DNA of 63,942 nt, filler included, from Octopus bimaculoides (taxonomy: Eukaryota), in assembly GCF_001194135.2 (NCBI RefSeq). It is 6 parts of 6 records of this genome, joined end to end, with 100 filler letters (N's around TTAATTAATTAA, not from the genome) between each part and the next. Parts side by side here need not be neighbours in the genome. Positions count along the whole stretch, not along the records: positions 4,432 to 29,359 come from NC_068985.1; 5 more parts are not named here. One strand, 5' to 3'. Below, piece by piece: positions 11,164-25,626 of this stretch (positions are counted from its first letter, which is position 1; each line of letters starts with the position of its first letter). Under the pieces are notes generated by a model. It saw only the letters and a list, made by a program, of their open reading frames with translations. It did no database searches and was not told where the DNA came from. A program made the position numbers and the translations under genes.

Positions 11164-13506
11164 ATGTGTGTGTATATATGTATGTATTTATCTAACTATC
11201 TTTCTCTCTCTCTCTCTCTCTCTCTCCACACACACATATATATTACACGTATATCTTGATGCATGTGAGAATGTGTGCGCACGCCTGATTTTCTGCATGT
11301 GTATCACTTGTGCGTCAGCATTGTTTGATTCAAAGTTGAGCTGTACTTCAGATTATTCTCATACTCTCAAGGAGGGCGTTATCAAAGTAAATTGATCTAA
11401 GTTTCTGAAAACATGGCATCCGTGAACTTAGCATGCAGTGTCCCCGTGGCCATTCTCAAAACACTTCCCAAATGAATATCTCTTATATTCCAAGTATAGT
11501 TAATATATTAGTGAATATTTACAGTGCACATCCAGTTACCGTGAACCGGAGCACATGCATTGAGCAAGTTAACAGCAGCTGTAGGTTTCGTTCGTTATGT
11601 TTCCCTGATCAGAATTCTAAAGAAAACCTTAGTTTAAAGACTGAATATCGGCTATTTCTAAGGGCTGGCCATGCAAAAAAGACTTATTTTGGTGAATGTA
11701 AGAGAACTTTTAAAAGAGGTAATTAATGTCCAAAAATGTTCATTCATATATTAATAGGGAGTGATATAGGGTCCTCGAACTACCTATGGTAATTAAGAGA
11801 GAGTGATGCATATATAAAAAATATCATACTTTATATTATTAGTATGTAGTAATAAATACCATCGCGTACTTTTTGCAGTTACTTTAAAATAGGAAACTAC
11901 CAAATTTTATTCGAGACATAGCAAAATTTAATAAGAATGAAAGAAGTAGTAATTACGCTCTGGAGAATAAATTTTTCTTAGAACGCTTGAACATCTTACT
12001 GGAACTATATTGAAACGACAGATTTGAATTACAGTTCAACCGAAAGTTTACAAACGGCCTCGTCAGACTTAAGTACCCAGAATGGCCCTCTAGACCGGTA
12101 TCAACCGTTAATACTGAAATTGCGTCAACACGCCGGCTCCGTCCAATGATTGTCTTCAACCCTGGCATAAATTGAGATAAAAGAAATTCATAGTTAATAT
12201 TAGCTGGAGATACAGTAAGAGCACTATACACACGAACACACACATACACACAGAGGTATATATAAAGAAAATATATGTATATATTTGTGCGTGTGTTTAT
12301 ATATATATATATATNNNNNNNNNNNNNNNNNNNNNNNNNNNNNNNNNNNNNNNNNNNNNNTATATATGTCTATTTATAGGTGTGTGTGTCTATGTGTGTA
12401 CCTATGGACATGATGCTAATATATATATGTGTAAATGTATGTATGTACATATGTACGTATGTATGTATGGATGTATGTATTTATGCATATATGTATGTAT
12501 GTATGTATTTAATGATATTATATTTTATGTTATATGAAAAAGTTTCCACGACAGCCTTTTATTAAAGTGTAGTGGAATTTGTTTTATTCGTAGGTAAATA
12601 TTTTGTTAATTGCTACTCACGGTTTCACTTCTCCCATCTTCAGATGGTTGCTCATAAGAATGTTGTAGCTATTTCTATGCGCCGGTATTTTCATAACATA
12701 CTTTTCTGATTTCTACTGAAAACAAATTAACTTAAACATTCAAGATTCATAGATATTGAAAACCTGAGTTAACGTTGATAACAAAGACCATAGAATAAAA
12801 GTTTGTTAAGGTAGTATATGGTGAATATGATAACTGGGCTGGGTCACAATTGTGGGGTTGGAGACACTACATACTTAGAATGTTTTCATCTTTTCTATTG
12901 CATTTTAGGCGATTACAAAGGACGATAAAAAATTCCAATGCTGGTAGAGGGTGTTTGATTTCTAGTTGCGTGTAAAAATATCAAGAGTCGGTCTTAAATA
13001 TTTTATCATTTAATGATTGTTTGATGATGAAGATAATAGATAAGTTGTTCCATTGAACGTTGTGGGTAGGGAAGATTTCACATGCTTAACATGTGATAAT
13101 ACGTTGCAGGCCAGGTCATGAACATAAAAAGACATTGACCTTTTGGTATCTATTGTTTGCAGAAGTATGAGAAACGAATGTTTAGAAAATATACATGCAT
13201 ACATACACACATGCACAGATATATGCGTAGGGATATATACGTTTTTGTTTATTTTTTATGCAGTCATATATAAAAAGTTAAACATTAATTGAGAGACCAC
13301 TGAACAGATTTAAACAAAGTTTTACATTTACTTTATTTTAACAAGCAATAAGTTGACACTGACATTGGGTTATCAACCCAGACGAATGCAACTGAACCAG
13401 AACTCTGAAATTACTAGCAACACTTTACTTGTTAAAATATCACACACACACATACACACACTCAATCATAGACGCATATACGCACCTCTATATGATTTTT
13501 GTACTC

Positions 13507-13507
<1 letters not shown>

Positions 13508-13582
<75 letters not shown>

Positions 13583-13617
13583 CTGTCTGTCTATCTGTCT
13601 GTCTGTCTGTCTGTCTA

Positions 13618-13676
<59 letters not shown>

Positions 13677-13695
13677 GTCTGTCTGTCTGTCTGTG
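13508..13695. repeat. Compound (ATCT)n/(GTCT)n microsatellite
   Basis: Direct reading. Confidence 0.95.
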
Positions 13696-15836
13696 TGTGT
13701 ATGTTTGCTTGCATGTATGTATGCATTTATGTATGTATGGAGCAACGCTGATATCAAGAACGTTAAAAGCAACCAACATAATTTGACAATTATTATAAAA
13801 TATGTTAATTTTAAAAGTTGGTTTCAGAAAGAAATATATTTTAGGGAGAAAATATGATGGACGATTAGGCAGCAGTATATTGTCATTATCATATCGGGGA
13901 TCAAAGGGAACGAATGGATGATACGGCTGTTGTATTNNNNNNNNNNNNNNNNNNNNNNNNNNNNNNNNNNNNNNNNNNNNNNNNNNNNNNNNNNNNNNNN
14001 NNNNNNNNNNNNNNNNNNNNNNNNNNNNNNNNNNNNNNNNNNNNNNNNNNNNNNNNNNNNNNNNNNNNNNNNNNNNNNNNNNNNNNNNNNNNNNNNNNNN
14101 NNNNNNNNNNNNNNNNNNNNNNNNNNNNNNNNNNNNNNNNNNNNNNNNNNNNNNNNNNNNNNNNNNNNNNNNNNNNNNNNNNNNNNNNNNNNNNNNNNNN
14201 NNNNNNNNNNNNNNNNNNNNNNNNNNNNNNNNNNNNNNNNNNNNNNNNNNNNNNNNNNNNNNNNNNNNNNNNNNNNNNNNNNNNNNNNNNNNNNNNNNNN
14301 NNNNNNNNNNNNNNNNNNNNNNNNNNNNNNNNNNNNNNNNNNNNNNNNNNNNNNNNNNNNNNNNNNNNNNNNNNNNTATATATATATATATATGTATGTA
14401 TGTATGCATCTATGCATGTATATAAGTATGTATATGTGCAGATTTATATATATTCTTTTATTTGTATTTTCTCATGCATATACTCGCATATCTAGACATG
14501 CTCATATATACTTAAATGGTAAAATTCTGTAAAACTTTACAGATTTTTACAGTTCCAGTGATGGATTGAATATGTAGTCTTCGAATTAGCTTTCTCCTTT
14601 CTCGTTTTGAGAAGCCTAACTTTTCAAGACTGGTATTTAGGTGTTGTGTTATATGTCTCAGCGTCGCAATAATTACAGGTAAAAACCTGAACTTGTAATT
14701 TAGATAGAGTAACTGCATGTATATGTGTGTGTGTATGTGTGTTAGTATGTATAGTATATATTTATGCATATACATATATATATACATACACACACACACA
14801 TACATATGTATGTATGTATGTATTTATTTATGTATGTATGAATGCATGTATGTATGTATGTATGTATGTACGTACGTATTTGTTTATATATGTCTATTCT
14901 TCGTTTAAATGTGTAACTTAATCTCCTAGAGTTTCAAACAAGAATATATTGGTATTCTAAATGTTTACATAACTGATTCTGCCATTTCAGCAATGAACTA
15001 ATGAAAATGTTAAAAATCCTGAAAATAAGTGTTACGGTGTCTCGAAGGTTTTAAGTATTTTCATTATTTCTACTACTCCCATCGCTACCACAATTAACCC
15101 CATGATTACTATCATGATCATTACGGCAACCAGTATGGAACGCAAACATCTACACCNNNNNNNNNNNNNNNNNNNNNNNNNNNNNNNNNNNNNNNNNNNN
15201 NNNNNNNNNNNNNNNNNNNNNNNNNNNNNNNNNNNNNNNNNNNNNNNNNNNNNNNNNNNNNNNNNNNNNNNNNNNNNNNNNNNNNNNNNNNNNNNNNNNN
15301 NNNNNNNNNNNNNNNNNNNNNNNNNNNNNNNNNNNNNNNNNNNNNNNNNNNNNNNNNNNNNNNNNNNNNNNNNNNNNNNNNNNNNNNNNNNNNNNNNNNN
15401 NNNNNNNNNNNNNNNNNNNNNNNNNNNNNNNNNNNNNNNNNNNNNNNNNNNNNNNNNNNNNNNNNNNNNNNNNNNNNNNNNNNNNNNNNNNNNNNNNNNN
15501 NNNNNNNNNNNNNNNNNNNNNNNNNNNNNNNNNNNNGGTGGTGGTGGTGCTGATGATGGTGGTGGTGGTGGTGGTGGTGGTGATGATGATGATAAAGAAG
15601 AAGAAAAAGGAGGAGGAGAAGGAGGAGGGGAGGGGGAAGAAGAAGAAGAAGACGACGAAGAAGAAGGAGGAGGAGAAGGAGCAGGAAGACAAGAAGAAGA
15701 CGAAGAAGAAGAAGAAGAAATATGGGTAGGATTGAGAAAAGAAACAAGAACTTGAGAAGAGGGCAGGAATATGATATGAAAGAATGATAAATGACGAAAT
15801 AAAGTAATAATGATAAAAATAATAGTAATAATAATG

Positions 15837-15875
<39 letters not shown>

Positions 15876-16379
15876 GTAATAATAATAATAAATACAGGAG
15901 TGAAAATTTAAAGAAAGAATTTCGAAAAACAGAAGTATGCCGAAAAAAAAAAAAAGAATGGATCAAATACTCACTAGAAAAAAAGAGAAAAAAAGAAAAA
16001 AAGGTGGAAAAAACACGAGAAGCAGTCATGTGGGAGTGGATAATTGTGTTAAAATAGTTAGAGAATTAGAAGAATTAAGTGGTTTCTGGACATTTGTTTA
16101 GAAAAAGACAAACCCAGAGTATTTTCATGAAAAAATACTGATGTAAGAGATAAAGCAGATAAGAAAACAAGAAAAAAATGCGAATTATATGGCGATGGTA
16201 AAGAAAATAAAGAAGGACAAATGGTGAAAAGAAAAAGAAACAATACATTAATATTTTGCGGTGAAATCCAGAACAAACATGCAGTTATGTGCGCGCGCAT
16301 GCATCCATCCATCCACCCATCCATCCATCCACCCATCCATCCATCCATACATACATACATACCTACCTACATACATATA

Positions 16380-16413
<34 letters not shown>

Positions 16414-16808
16414 CCTCTCTCTCTCTGTATATATATATATATATACATAATGTTAGTATGTATATACTTACCTATATATATGTACTTGTTTGTATATGTG
16501 TGGAAGAATATATAAATATATATATATAAAGAAATTATAAATAAATAATTATAAAGATATGATATATATGCATATGACAATGCGTAATGGAAAGGAGCGG
16601 AAATTTGGAAAAAAATGCTGTAGAAAAGAGATTTGAATTAGTTGTTACATCAGATGAGTAATTGGGAAAGAGCGAGCAAATGACACAGTGAGATAATAGA
16701 TGTAATTAATTCTTAAACTGTCATCATAATCGATTACTGAAAATAGGAAAATGAGGGGAATATATATACACAAGCATGAATATATAAATATATACATATA
16801 TATGTATG

Positions 16809-17030
16809 TATAATTATAAATATATAGGGATCAGCATGAGTTGCTTCACCAACATACTGACAATTTAGAAATAGCAGTCAAAGAACTACTAATTCTAAAC
16901 TACAATTTTTTTCTCTAACGGATGGCGATATTTACGGCACACATAGAACAAAAACAGAAGAGAAAATAAAAACAAACTTGCCTTTGTTGGTGAAGCAACT
17001 CATGCTGATCCCTATATATTTATAATTATA
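16809..17030. repeat. Fold-back element with perfect 46-bp inverted repeats
   Basis: 16809-16854 (tataattataaatatatagggatcagcatgagttgcttcaccaaca) is the exact reverse complement of 16985-17030; 130-bp spacer. Confidence 0.85.
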
Positions 17031-17858
17031 AATGTTTTTTACCGATAAAGGTTTTTTTGCATACTGAACTACTTGGCAAAATTGTTAATTATTAATTTTA
17101 TTAACTAATTGGCAATTCCCTGCCCTATATATGTATATATGTATGTATATATATGTGTGTGTGAGTGGATGGATGGGTATNNNNNNNNNNNNNNNNNNNN
17201 NNNNNNNNNNNNNNNNNNNNNNNNNNNNNNNNNNNNNNNNNNNNNNNNNNNNNNNNNNNNNNNNNNNNNNNNNNNNNNNNNNNNNNNNNNNNNNNNNNNN
17301 NNNNNNNNNNNNNNNNNNNNNNNNNNNNNNNNNNNNNNNNNNNNNNNNNNNNNNNNNNNNNNNNNNNNNNNNNNNNNNNNNNNNNNNNNNNNNNNNNNNN
17401 NNNNNNNNNNNNNNNNNNNNNNNNNNNNNNNNNNNNNNNNNNNNNNNNNNNNNNNNNNNNNNNNNNNNNNNNNNNNNNNNNNNNNNNNNNNNNNNNNNNN
17501 NNNNNNNNNNNNNNNNNNNNNNNNNNNNNNNNNNNNNNNNNNNNNNNNNNNNNNNNNNNNNNNNNNNNNNNNNNNNNNCATATATATACATATATATACA
17601 TACATATATATATATATATATATATGTATATTATATTTATTATATATATGTTCATAGATATGTATATATAAATATATATTCATACACATATACACACATA
17701 TTGTAAATCTTATAGGCTATTGTTATAAGCTTTATTGATACTGAATGTTTGTCTCGCTACTTGAGTTTCATGCCACACCAAACATCAGGCGAGAACAGTT
17801 AGCTTAAGTTTTGTTCATATATTTACGTAAATATTGATGGGTTTTTTTTTCTGTGTAG

Positions 17859-17907
17859 ATATAGTCTTGTGGGAATTGTTCCATGCTTAGTTTGTTATGG
17901 ATACCTG
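17859..17907 (+). CDS. Candidate 49-nt coding exon (xYSLVGIVPCLVCYGYL), product unknown
   Basis: Branch-like ttgat, T9-ctgtgtAG acceptor, CTG|GTGAGT donor, one open frame with a hydrophobic peptide. No family recognised. Confidence 0.3.
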
Positions 17908-20036
17908 GTGAGTGCTCTAATCCGAAGGAGTCGTTTATTGATACGTATGTGAGCACGCGCGTATCTATGTGTGTGTCTATCGCTGTATATGTGCGTATAA
18001 TTTATGGATAAAATCCGTGAAAACTAAGGAGCACTGGTGACTCAAAACGCATAATTTTAGTGTAAATAAACATTTATATAAATAAATATTTTACACTTAT
18101 ATGTGATCGAAAATGCTGTCAAATTCGGAATGCAACTATCAGGATATTTTGCTATATTTTTATAGAAATTGCTATCAAATTACCTACTCTGCGTAACTCT
18201 GTCTTACAACCTATATCTCAATCTCTCACAATTTTTCTCGTTCATTTGGTTTTTGATATTTTGTTTTTCTACCATTATACTTTTCTGACTTTTCATCCTG
18301 AATTTAAATATATGGTTTGTGTTTTTACAAGATTCTGTGATTCATATGGATATTGCTAAACATTTAATGTTCATTCTCTCAGCTAAATCGGGATATATTC
18401 GATCACTTCACTTTCATTTTTCACATCGGTATCAGCTGACATCTCTTCTTTATTCTCGTGTAAGTCCGCATTCCTATGTGCGTGATCATTTGCTATGTAT
18501 TGCTCTATTTTTCCTCACTGCTTAGTTTATCGATCTGTAATATCTTCAATCTTTAATGAACTTTACTGCATGGTCACGGAAATTGCTTTTGCAGTTGCGG
18601 GTGCAATTGGTCGTTCGTGGCCTATAGAATATTCTTTTCGATGATACTCTTGTGGTGAATTTAGATAGATAAGATGATGAAGGAGACTCTGGATTGTTCC
18701 AGTGTTTATTTGCCTCCATTACTGGCTGCAGCTGTCTGTTGAACTACAGCTGCCGACGTTATGAATTAACTCCATGCTCTCAGAAATAGCTCTCGGATTT
18801 TTAACGCCTTCTACCCTCTGATGCTTTGCGTTTATGTAATCTGAGTAAGTTTGCTCTATAAAAAGTATATATATATNNNNNNNNNNNNNNNNNNNNNNNN
18901 NNNNNNNNNNNNNNNNNNNNNNNNNNNNNNNNNNNNNNNNNNNNNNNNNNNNNNNNNNNNNNNNNNNNNNNNNNNNNNNNNNNNNNNNNNNNNNNNNNNN
19001 NNNNNNNNNNNNNNNNNNNNNNNNNNNNNNNNNNNNNNNNNNNNNNNNNNNNNNNNNNNNNNNNNNNNNNNNNNNNNNNNNNNNNNNNNNNNNNNNNNNN
19101 NNNNNNNNNNNNNNNNNNNNNNNNNNNNNNNNNNNNNNNNNNNNNNNNNNNNNNNNNNNNNNNNNNNNNNNNNNNNNNNNNNNNNNNNNNNNNNNNNNNN
19201 NNNNNNNNNNNNNNNNNNNNNNNNNNNNTATATATATATATATATATATATATCCTAATTCGGTTTGGCTTTATTTGAGTTGCTGTAAGACTTGCTTTGG
19301 TTATTGTTGCAAACCTTCCGAGTCAGTCCATGTTTAGCAGACCTATATTCAGGAACGTTTCGATCGCGACCAACTAAGTTTTCGAGGTACAAGTTCATTG
19401 CAATTTCCATTTTGCTTGATACCACATACGATCTGATTCAAAATTTGTGAACGCAATTTATTTTTCTCATTTCACGATGTCATATTACTTCTACGATTGT
19501 CTCCCTTGTTTCTTCATCTTCAGTTGTCTATCTCCACGTATCGATACATTTTTATTTAAATTCCTTAGTCTCTGAGTAACTCTGTCAGATACCCTCTCTC
19601 ACACCCGCTCTTCCACTCTCTACTTAATACTCGCCCCTCTTTATCTATGACGATGCTACAATCTGATAATATGGCAATACAATCAGTAATTGGTCAGATT
19701 TAGTTGATAGAAAATATGCAATTTCTTAATGTACAATAATCGTGGCGTCGGTAATATCAACGATATTTAAAGACGAAAAAAAAATGCAACTAAAAAGCAA
19801 CTGTGGATACAACGATAGTTGCAACAAAAACAACAGCAGCCGTAACTATAACAACAACGACAGCAGCAACAACAACAACAACAACAAAAGAAATAAGAAT
19901 CATAACAATAACAAAAATGAAATGCAAAAAGCGAAAAAAAAGGGAGAAAATACTGACACAGCAGATGCAGCATCTAAAACCAACAAAAATAACTCATCAC
20001 CCAACTCAGACACTGACAGGAGAAGAAAAAAGAACT

Positions 20037-20037
<1 letters not shown>

Positions 20038-20088
<51 letters not shown>

Positions 20089-20147
20089 TAATAATGATAA
20101 TAATGATAATAATAATAATGATAATAATGATAATAATGATAATAATA

Positions 20148-20226
<79 letters not shown>

Positions 20227-20255
20227 CAACAGCAACAACAACAATAATAATAATA
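20038..20255. repeat. (AAT)n/(AAC)n microsatellite
   Basis: Direct reading. Confidence 0.95.
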
Positions 20256-20377
20256 ACTGCAGAGTATAAATTGGAAAATATGCTCCTTGTGCATGTTTCG
20301 CAAAATCAGAGGGATCAAGGAGATAATCAATGATATATATGTATACATGTACGCACAGGCATATACAAACGTATGTA

Positions 20378-20424
<47 letters not shown>

Positions 20425-20496
20425 NNNNNNNNNNNNNNNNNNNNNNNNNNNNNNNNNNNNNNNNNNNNNNNNNNNNNNNNNNNNNNNNNNNNNNNN

Positions 20497-20578
<82 letters not shown>

Positions 20579-20969
20579 TGCGTGTGTACGTGCACGCGTG
20601 TGTGAGTGTATATCTGTATATATGTGTGTGTGTGTGTGTGTTTACATACATATACATATATATATATATTTTGTATCTATATGTTGTATGCATTTTGCAT
20701 GTATATGTTCATATGAATATGCATATACATATACCTATAAATTCATACATATGTGTGATTTGTTGCTGTTGTAGGCACACACACAGACGCACATACACAC
20801 AGACGCGCGTATATTTACGTACGTGATTACTTATCTATGACAACATATATCTAATATATACATAATATTTATGTTTAGTATAACTAAATCACCCCGTCAG
20901 CATCTATATATACATACTGACACACACACAAACACACACACACACAAACATATATATATATATATATAC

Positions 20970-21018
<49 letters not shown>

Positions 21019-21825
21019 TGTGTGTGTGTATTTATAGATATACATATATACACAGACATACATGCAATGCATACATATGTATATGTACACACGCACATAC
21101 ACAGATATATATATATATATGGCTGCAAGTACGTTTCTATATGCATATACTATATCAATACATCTCGATATATAAACATATAAAATCATCTTCGGCGCCA
21201 GACAAACGATTTCGCTTTCGTTGTTATTTTTCTTGACGCTGTGTTTGTTTTGTCCTTTTCGTTTGCTTTAAAAAATGTATATGTAATATTATTAAATATA
21301 AAAGTGAATGAATGAACGAGCATTCGTAGTGGCTGCGGCAGAGATTAGTCTCGCTGTATGGAAGACTTTGATTTCTGACCTGGGTCAACGCTGTGTCATA
21401 TTACTGACTTTTGTTGTTAGATAGTTAGGCGCTGCTCACCAAGATACACTCTTAGGCAGACATTTTTGTAAGGGAATACAGAAGTGATCATTCACACAGA
21501 CATACGCACACATACACACACGTATTCACACGCACACACACACATATGCACGCATCTCATGTACGCGCACACAGAGACAGATATAAATATGTGCATATAC
21601 GATTATAAGTGAGTTATTAAAAATAATAACAATATTAATATTACTTAGTTTATGCGGCGTTATTGCATTGAGAATCGATCAAATTTCACAGTGAAAATAA
21701 ATATTAAAAAAAAAAAAAAACGATAATAAAATTTATTTTATAACGAAAATAAAAAAAGGAAATATGTGTTGTGGAGTTTTGTCGAAATAAAGAATAATAT
21801 AAATATGTGATATACTGCTGATAAC

Positions 21826-22130
21826 GAAGATGATGATGATGATGATGATGATGACTATGATGATGATGATAAGGATGATGATGATGATGATTTCGACTAT
21901 GATGATGATGAGGAGGAGGAGGAGGAGGAGGAGGAGGAGGNNNNNNNNNNNNNNATGATGATGATGATGATGAGGAGGAGGAGGAGGAGGAGGAGGAGGA
22001 GGAGGGGGAAAATAGGTAAAGTTGGAAGAAAGTGATGGTGATGACTGATATTGATGAGGATGGTGATGATGACGACGACGACGACGAGGATGACAATAAT
22101 GACAAAGACGATATCGGTGGCGTTGGTGAA
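21826..22130. repeat. Compound (GAT)n/(GAG)n/(GAC)n low-complexity tract
   Basis: Direct reading. Confidence 0.9.
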
Positions 22131-23378
22131 CATGATGGATGAGATGAAAGAAATGAAGTAGGAGAAGGGCTTGGGAATGACGACGAGTGGGACAAGGAGA
22201 AAAAAAAAGGAGGAGGGGAGTTTGAACAAAGAGGAGAGAAGATAAGGTGGTTCTGCATGACAACGACGTTAGCAACGACGACGATAATTGAGGATGCTGA
22301 CAACGACGACAATAATAATGATCGTGAACATTATCATAACGATGGGCACAAGTGCAGAAATGTGTGAATACAATAATGTCTATCAGACCCTACAATCACG
22401 TGACTCTTGAATGGAGTTGTGGTCCGATACTGAGATTGAATAGTCTACTCCACCGAGTAGTGACATAGAATACCCGACTCCTGCTCTGTAGTCGGTCTCA
22501 AAACTTGAGAGCGGCGCGACTTTATTTATAGGTCTCGTAAAGATGAAATGCAAAATCGAGATGCGTGGTGGTTGAATTTAGAACAATGATGAGGCAGCTA
22601 AAAACAGCAAGGTATATATATATATATATATATNNNNNNNNNNNNNNNNNNNNNNNNNNNNNNNNNNNNNNNNNNNNNNNNNNNNNNNNNNNNNNNNNNN
22701 NNNNNNNNNNNNNNNNNNNNNNNNNNNNNNNNNNNNNNNNNNNNNNNNNNNNNNNNNNNNNNNNNNNNNNNNNNNNNNNNNNNNNNNNNNNNNNNNNNNN
22801 NNNNNNNNNNNNNNNNNNNNNNNNNNNNNNNNNNNNNNNNNNNNNNNNNNNNNNNNNNNNNNNNNNNNNNNNNNNNNNNNNNNNNNNNNNNNNNNNNNNN
22901 NNNNNNNNNNNNNNNNNNNNNNNNNNNNNNNNNNNNNNNNNNNNNNNNNNNNNNNNNNNNNNNNNNNNNNNNNNNNNNNNNNNNNNNNNNNNNNNNNNNN
23001 NNNNNNNNNNNNNNNNNNNNNNNNNNNNNNNNNNNNNNNNNNNNNNNNNNNNNNNNNNNNNNNNNNNNNNNNNNNNNNNNNNNNNNNNNNNNNNNNNNNN
23101 NNNNNNNNNNNNNNNNNNNNNNNNNNNNNNNNNNNNNNNNNNNNNNNNNNNNNNNNNNNNNNNNNNNNNNNNNNNNNNNNNNNNNNNNNNNNNNNNNNNN
23201 NNNNNNNNNNNNNNNNNNNNNNNNNNNNNNNNNNNNNNNNATATATATATATATACATATATATATGCATATACATATACATTTGACATGGGCGATTCTT
23301 TCTTGTCTTGGGATTCACGGTCAAACGGCTGGGTGGAATTGCGTGAAAAAATACACAGATGTGTAGAATGATCCCAGT

Positions 23379-23612
23379 GGTGATGCTGGGCTTTGTATTT
23401 TTTCATAGCTCCCATGGTTACCAATATAATCTACTATAATAATACTCTTGCGTTTATAAATGAGTACGAAGGGGTGGCAGATGATTAAGGAAGGAAGAGG
23501 TGATGTTATATTTTTTCATAGCTTCCATGGTTATCGAGATAATCTACTATATTACTCTTGTGAATGAGAAAGGAAGGGGTGATAGATGAATAAGGAAGGA
23601 AGCGGTGATGTC
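23379..23612. repeat. Diverged tandem duplication, two units of about 105-120 bp
   Basis: tatttt(t)tcatagct(c/t)ccatggtta...ataatctactat...aaggaaggaag(a/c)ggtgatgt occurs twice in tandem. Confidence 0.8.
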
Positions 23613-24158
23613 ATGCTTGGTAGTGGGATGATGAAAATAATATGCTGAAAAAATAAATCAAACAGCGTTTCAACTCTGTGTGAATATATGCGTGTGTATG
23701 AGAATGTGTGCGTGCACGCGCATTGGAAGTGGGATTTTTTGTGAAGTCTTTCTTTGTAGTGTTCCAGTTATATGTTTTTCGGTTTAAGATGGTTTTTTTA
23801 CATTTGGTTTTTAATTTTTGTGTAATATTTCGCATTCAGGTTGAGATATTTAATGTTTTTCAGTTTTTGTTTTTGTTTTTTGACCTTTGAAAATTTAAAA
23901 GAGTTTTGACCTATTTTTTTTATTTCTTTAATTTTTGTTTTACTTTTTATGTTTGTTTCTGTTGTTTTGAATCTTTGTTCGCTTACTATGTGGGTTTATT
24001 TTTTGATTTGGTTGAATCTTGTTCTTTTTTTTTGTTGGTCAGTTATTTTTAGCGTTTTGACAGAAAGAAGTCATTCTAAAATTGTTTTTTAACGTAAACG
24101 TGCCCAAACAAGTCGAATGCTTAAACACAGCAGGTTTTACAGCCACATCATCCAAACC

Positions 24159-24188
24159 GACCGGGTGAAACCGGGCTTAGTTGCTAGT
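24159..24188 (+). mobile_element. Helitron-like 3' end (hairpin + CTAG|T)
   Basis: accgggtgaaaccgggcttagttgCTAGt; same design as the mini-Helitron at 50553. Confidence 0.55.
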
Positions 24189-24246
24189 GTATGTATATAT
24201 ATATACGATTTATCAACTAATTATATATACATACATACATACATAC

Positions 24247-24302
<56 letters not shown>

Positions 24303-25339
24303 CACACGCACAATTATATACTATTTCGAACACAGGCGCACAAACACACCGGTTTGTTAGATGAAACTTAGAATTTAAATATTAAGAAAATAATCTTATT
24401 AGCGAAAAAAGATCTTATAAAACGTCTCATAATATCGAGAGCCAATCGAACAATAATTGAACGAATACCACGGACTTTGTTTGAGTTATATAACAGTGTA
24501 AATAAATAGAGAAAATTTACAAAAAATCAAAGATATGTTCTTGACCAGAGAACTTAATAAACTCTGACATGCGAATGACAGTCGTCATTGGTGCCGGTGA
24601 ATTGTTGAGAACTAACTGATTAACAGTCAGGGGGACATCATAACAAATAACGCGAGGCTCAAACAGTGTGGTGTCCTCTTGTTCATTGAGATTAATTTTA
24701 AAAGACCTAAGGACTTTTTTTAGACAGTTGAACAATAATTCTCATAATATGAGAGCGTTGTCTTGATTAAAGTTAAGCATAATTGGGATATTAAGAATAA
24801 ACAACTGTAATATCTCTAGTAGCGACAGTTTCAGAAGGGAAATTATTGAAGAATGCTAAAAACAAATATCAATAAGGGCACCAGCATCATCGAAGAGAGG
24901 ACAATCTAATAAGTAAACATATAAATAAAAACAACTCCGATAAGAAGAACAATGTTAACAGTGATAAGATTAATAAAAACAAATATACGAAGAAATAGAG
25001 TGAACGTTAAAATGTTCTTATTCAATCTAAGCATTTCGCACAAACACTCTTCAACGGATGCAAACACACACTCACGCATATAAGCATACACAAGAAAAGT
25101 GGTTAGTAGCGTGTCGAACCAAACTTCATACAAATCCACACATGTGTGCGTGCGTGCGTGCGTGTGTGTGTATGTGTGTGCGCGCGTGTGTATGTGTGTG
25201 CATGTATATGTCTATATAAGTGTATATATATGCAGATATATATGCTTATGTATATATATGTATTGTGTATACAGATATACACCCATATATGTACGCATAA
25301 AATTTCGTTAATCAATAGATTCGCAACAGTTTCTGTATT

Positions 25340-25570
25340 TTTATTCTTTTATTCTTTTGTTTCAGTCATTTGACTGTGGCCATGCTGGAGCACCGAATTT
25401 AGTCGAACAAATCGACCCCAGTATTTATTCTAGTAGTAGTACATATTCCCCAGTACTAGTACTTATTCTATCGGTTCTCTTGCCAAACCGCTAGTTGACG
25501 GAGACGTAAACACACCAGCATCGGTTGTCAAGCGATGTTGAGGAGAGAAACACAGACACACAAACATATG

Positions 25571-25626
<56 letters not shown>

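Noticed and set aside
18843-18859. Exact 17-mer gagtaagtttgctctat repeated at 51081-51097
   Set aside because: Flanks are unrelated and the copies are on different scaffolds; one such match is plausible by chance in AT-rich DNA.
19742-20269. 175-aa Asn-rich ORF
   Set aside because: Driven by (AAC)n/(AAT)n arrays; no domain and no splice support.
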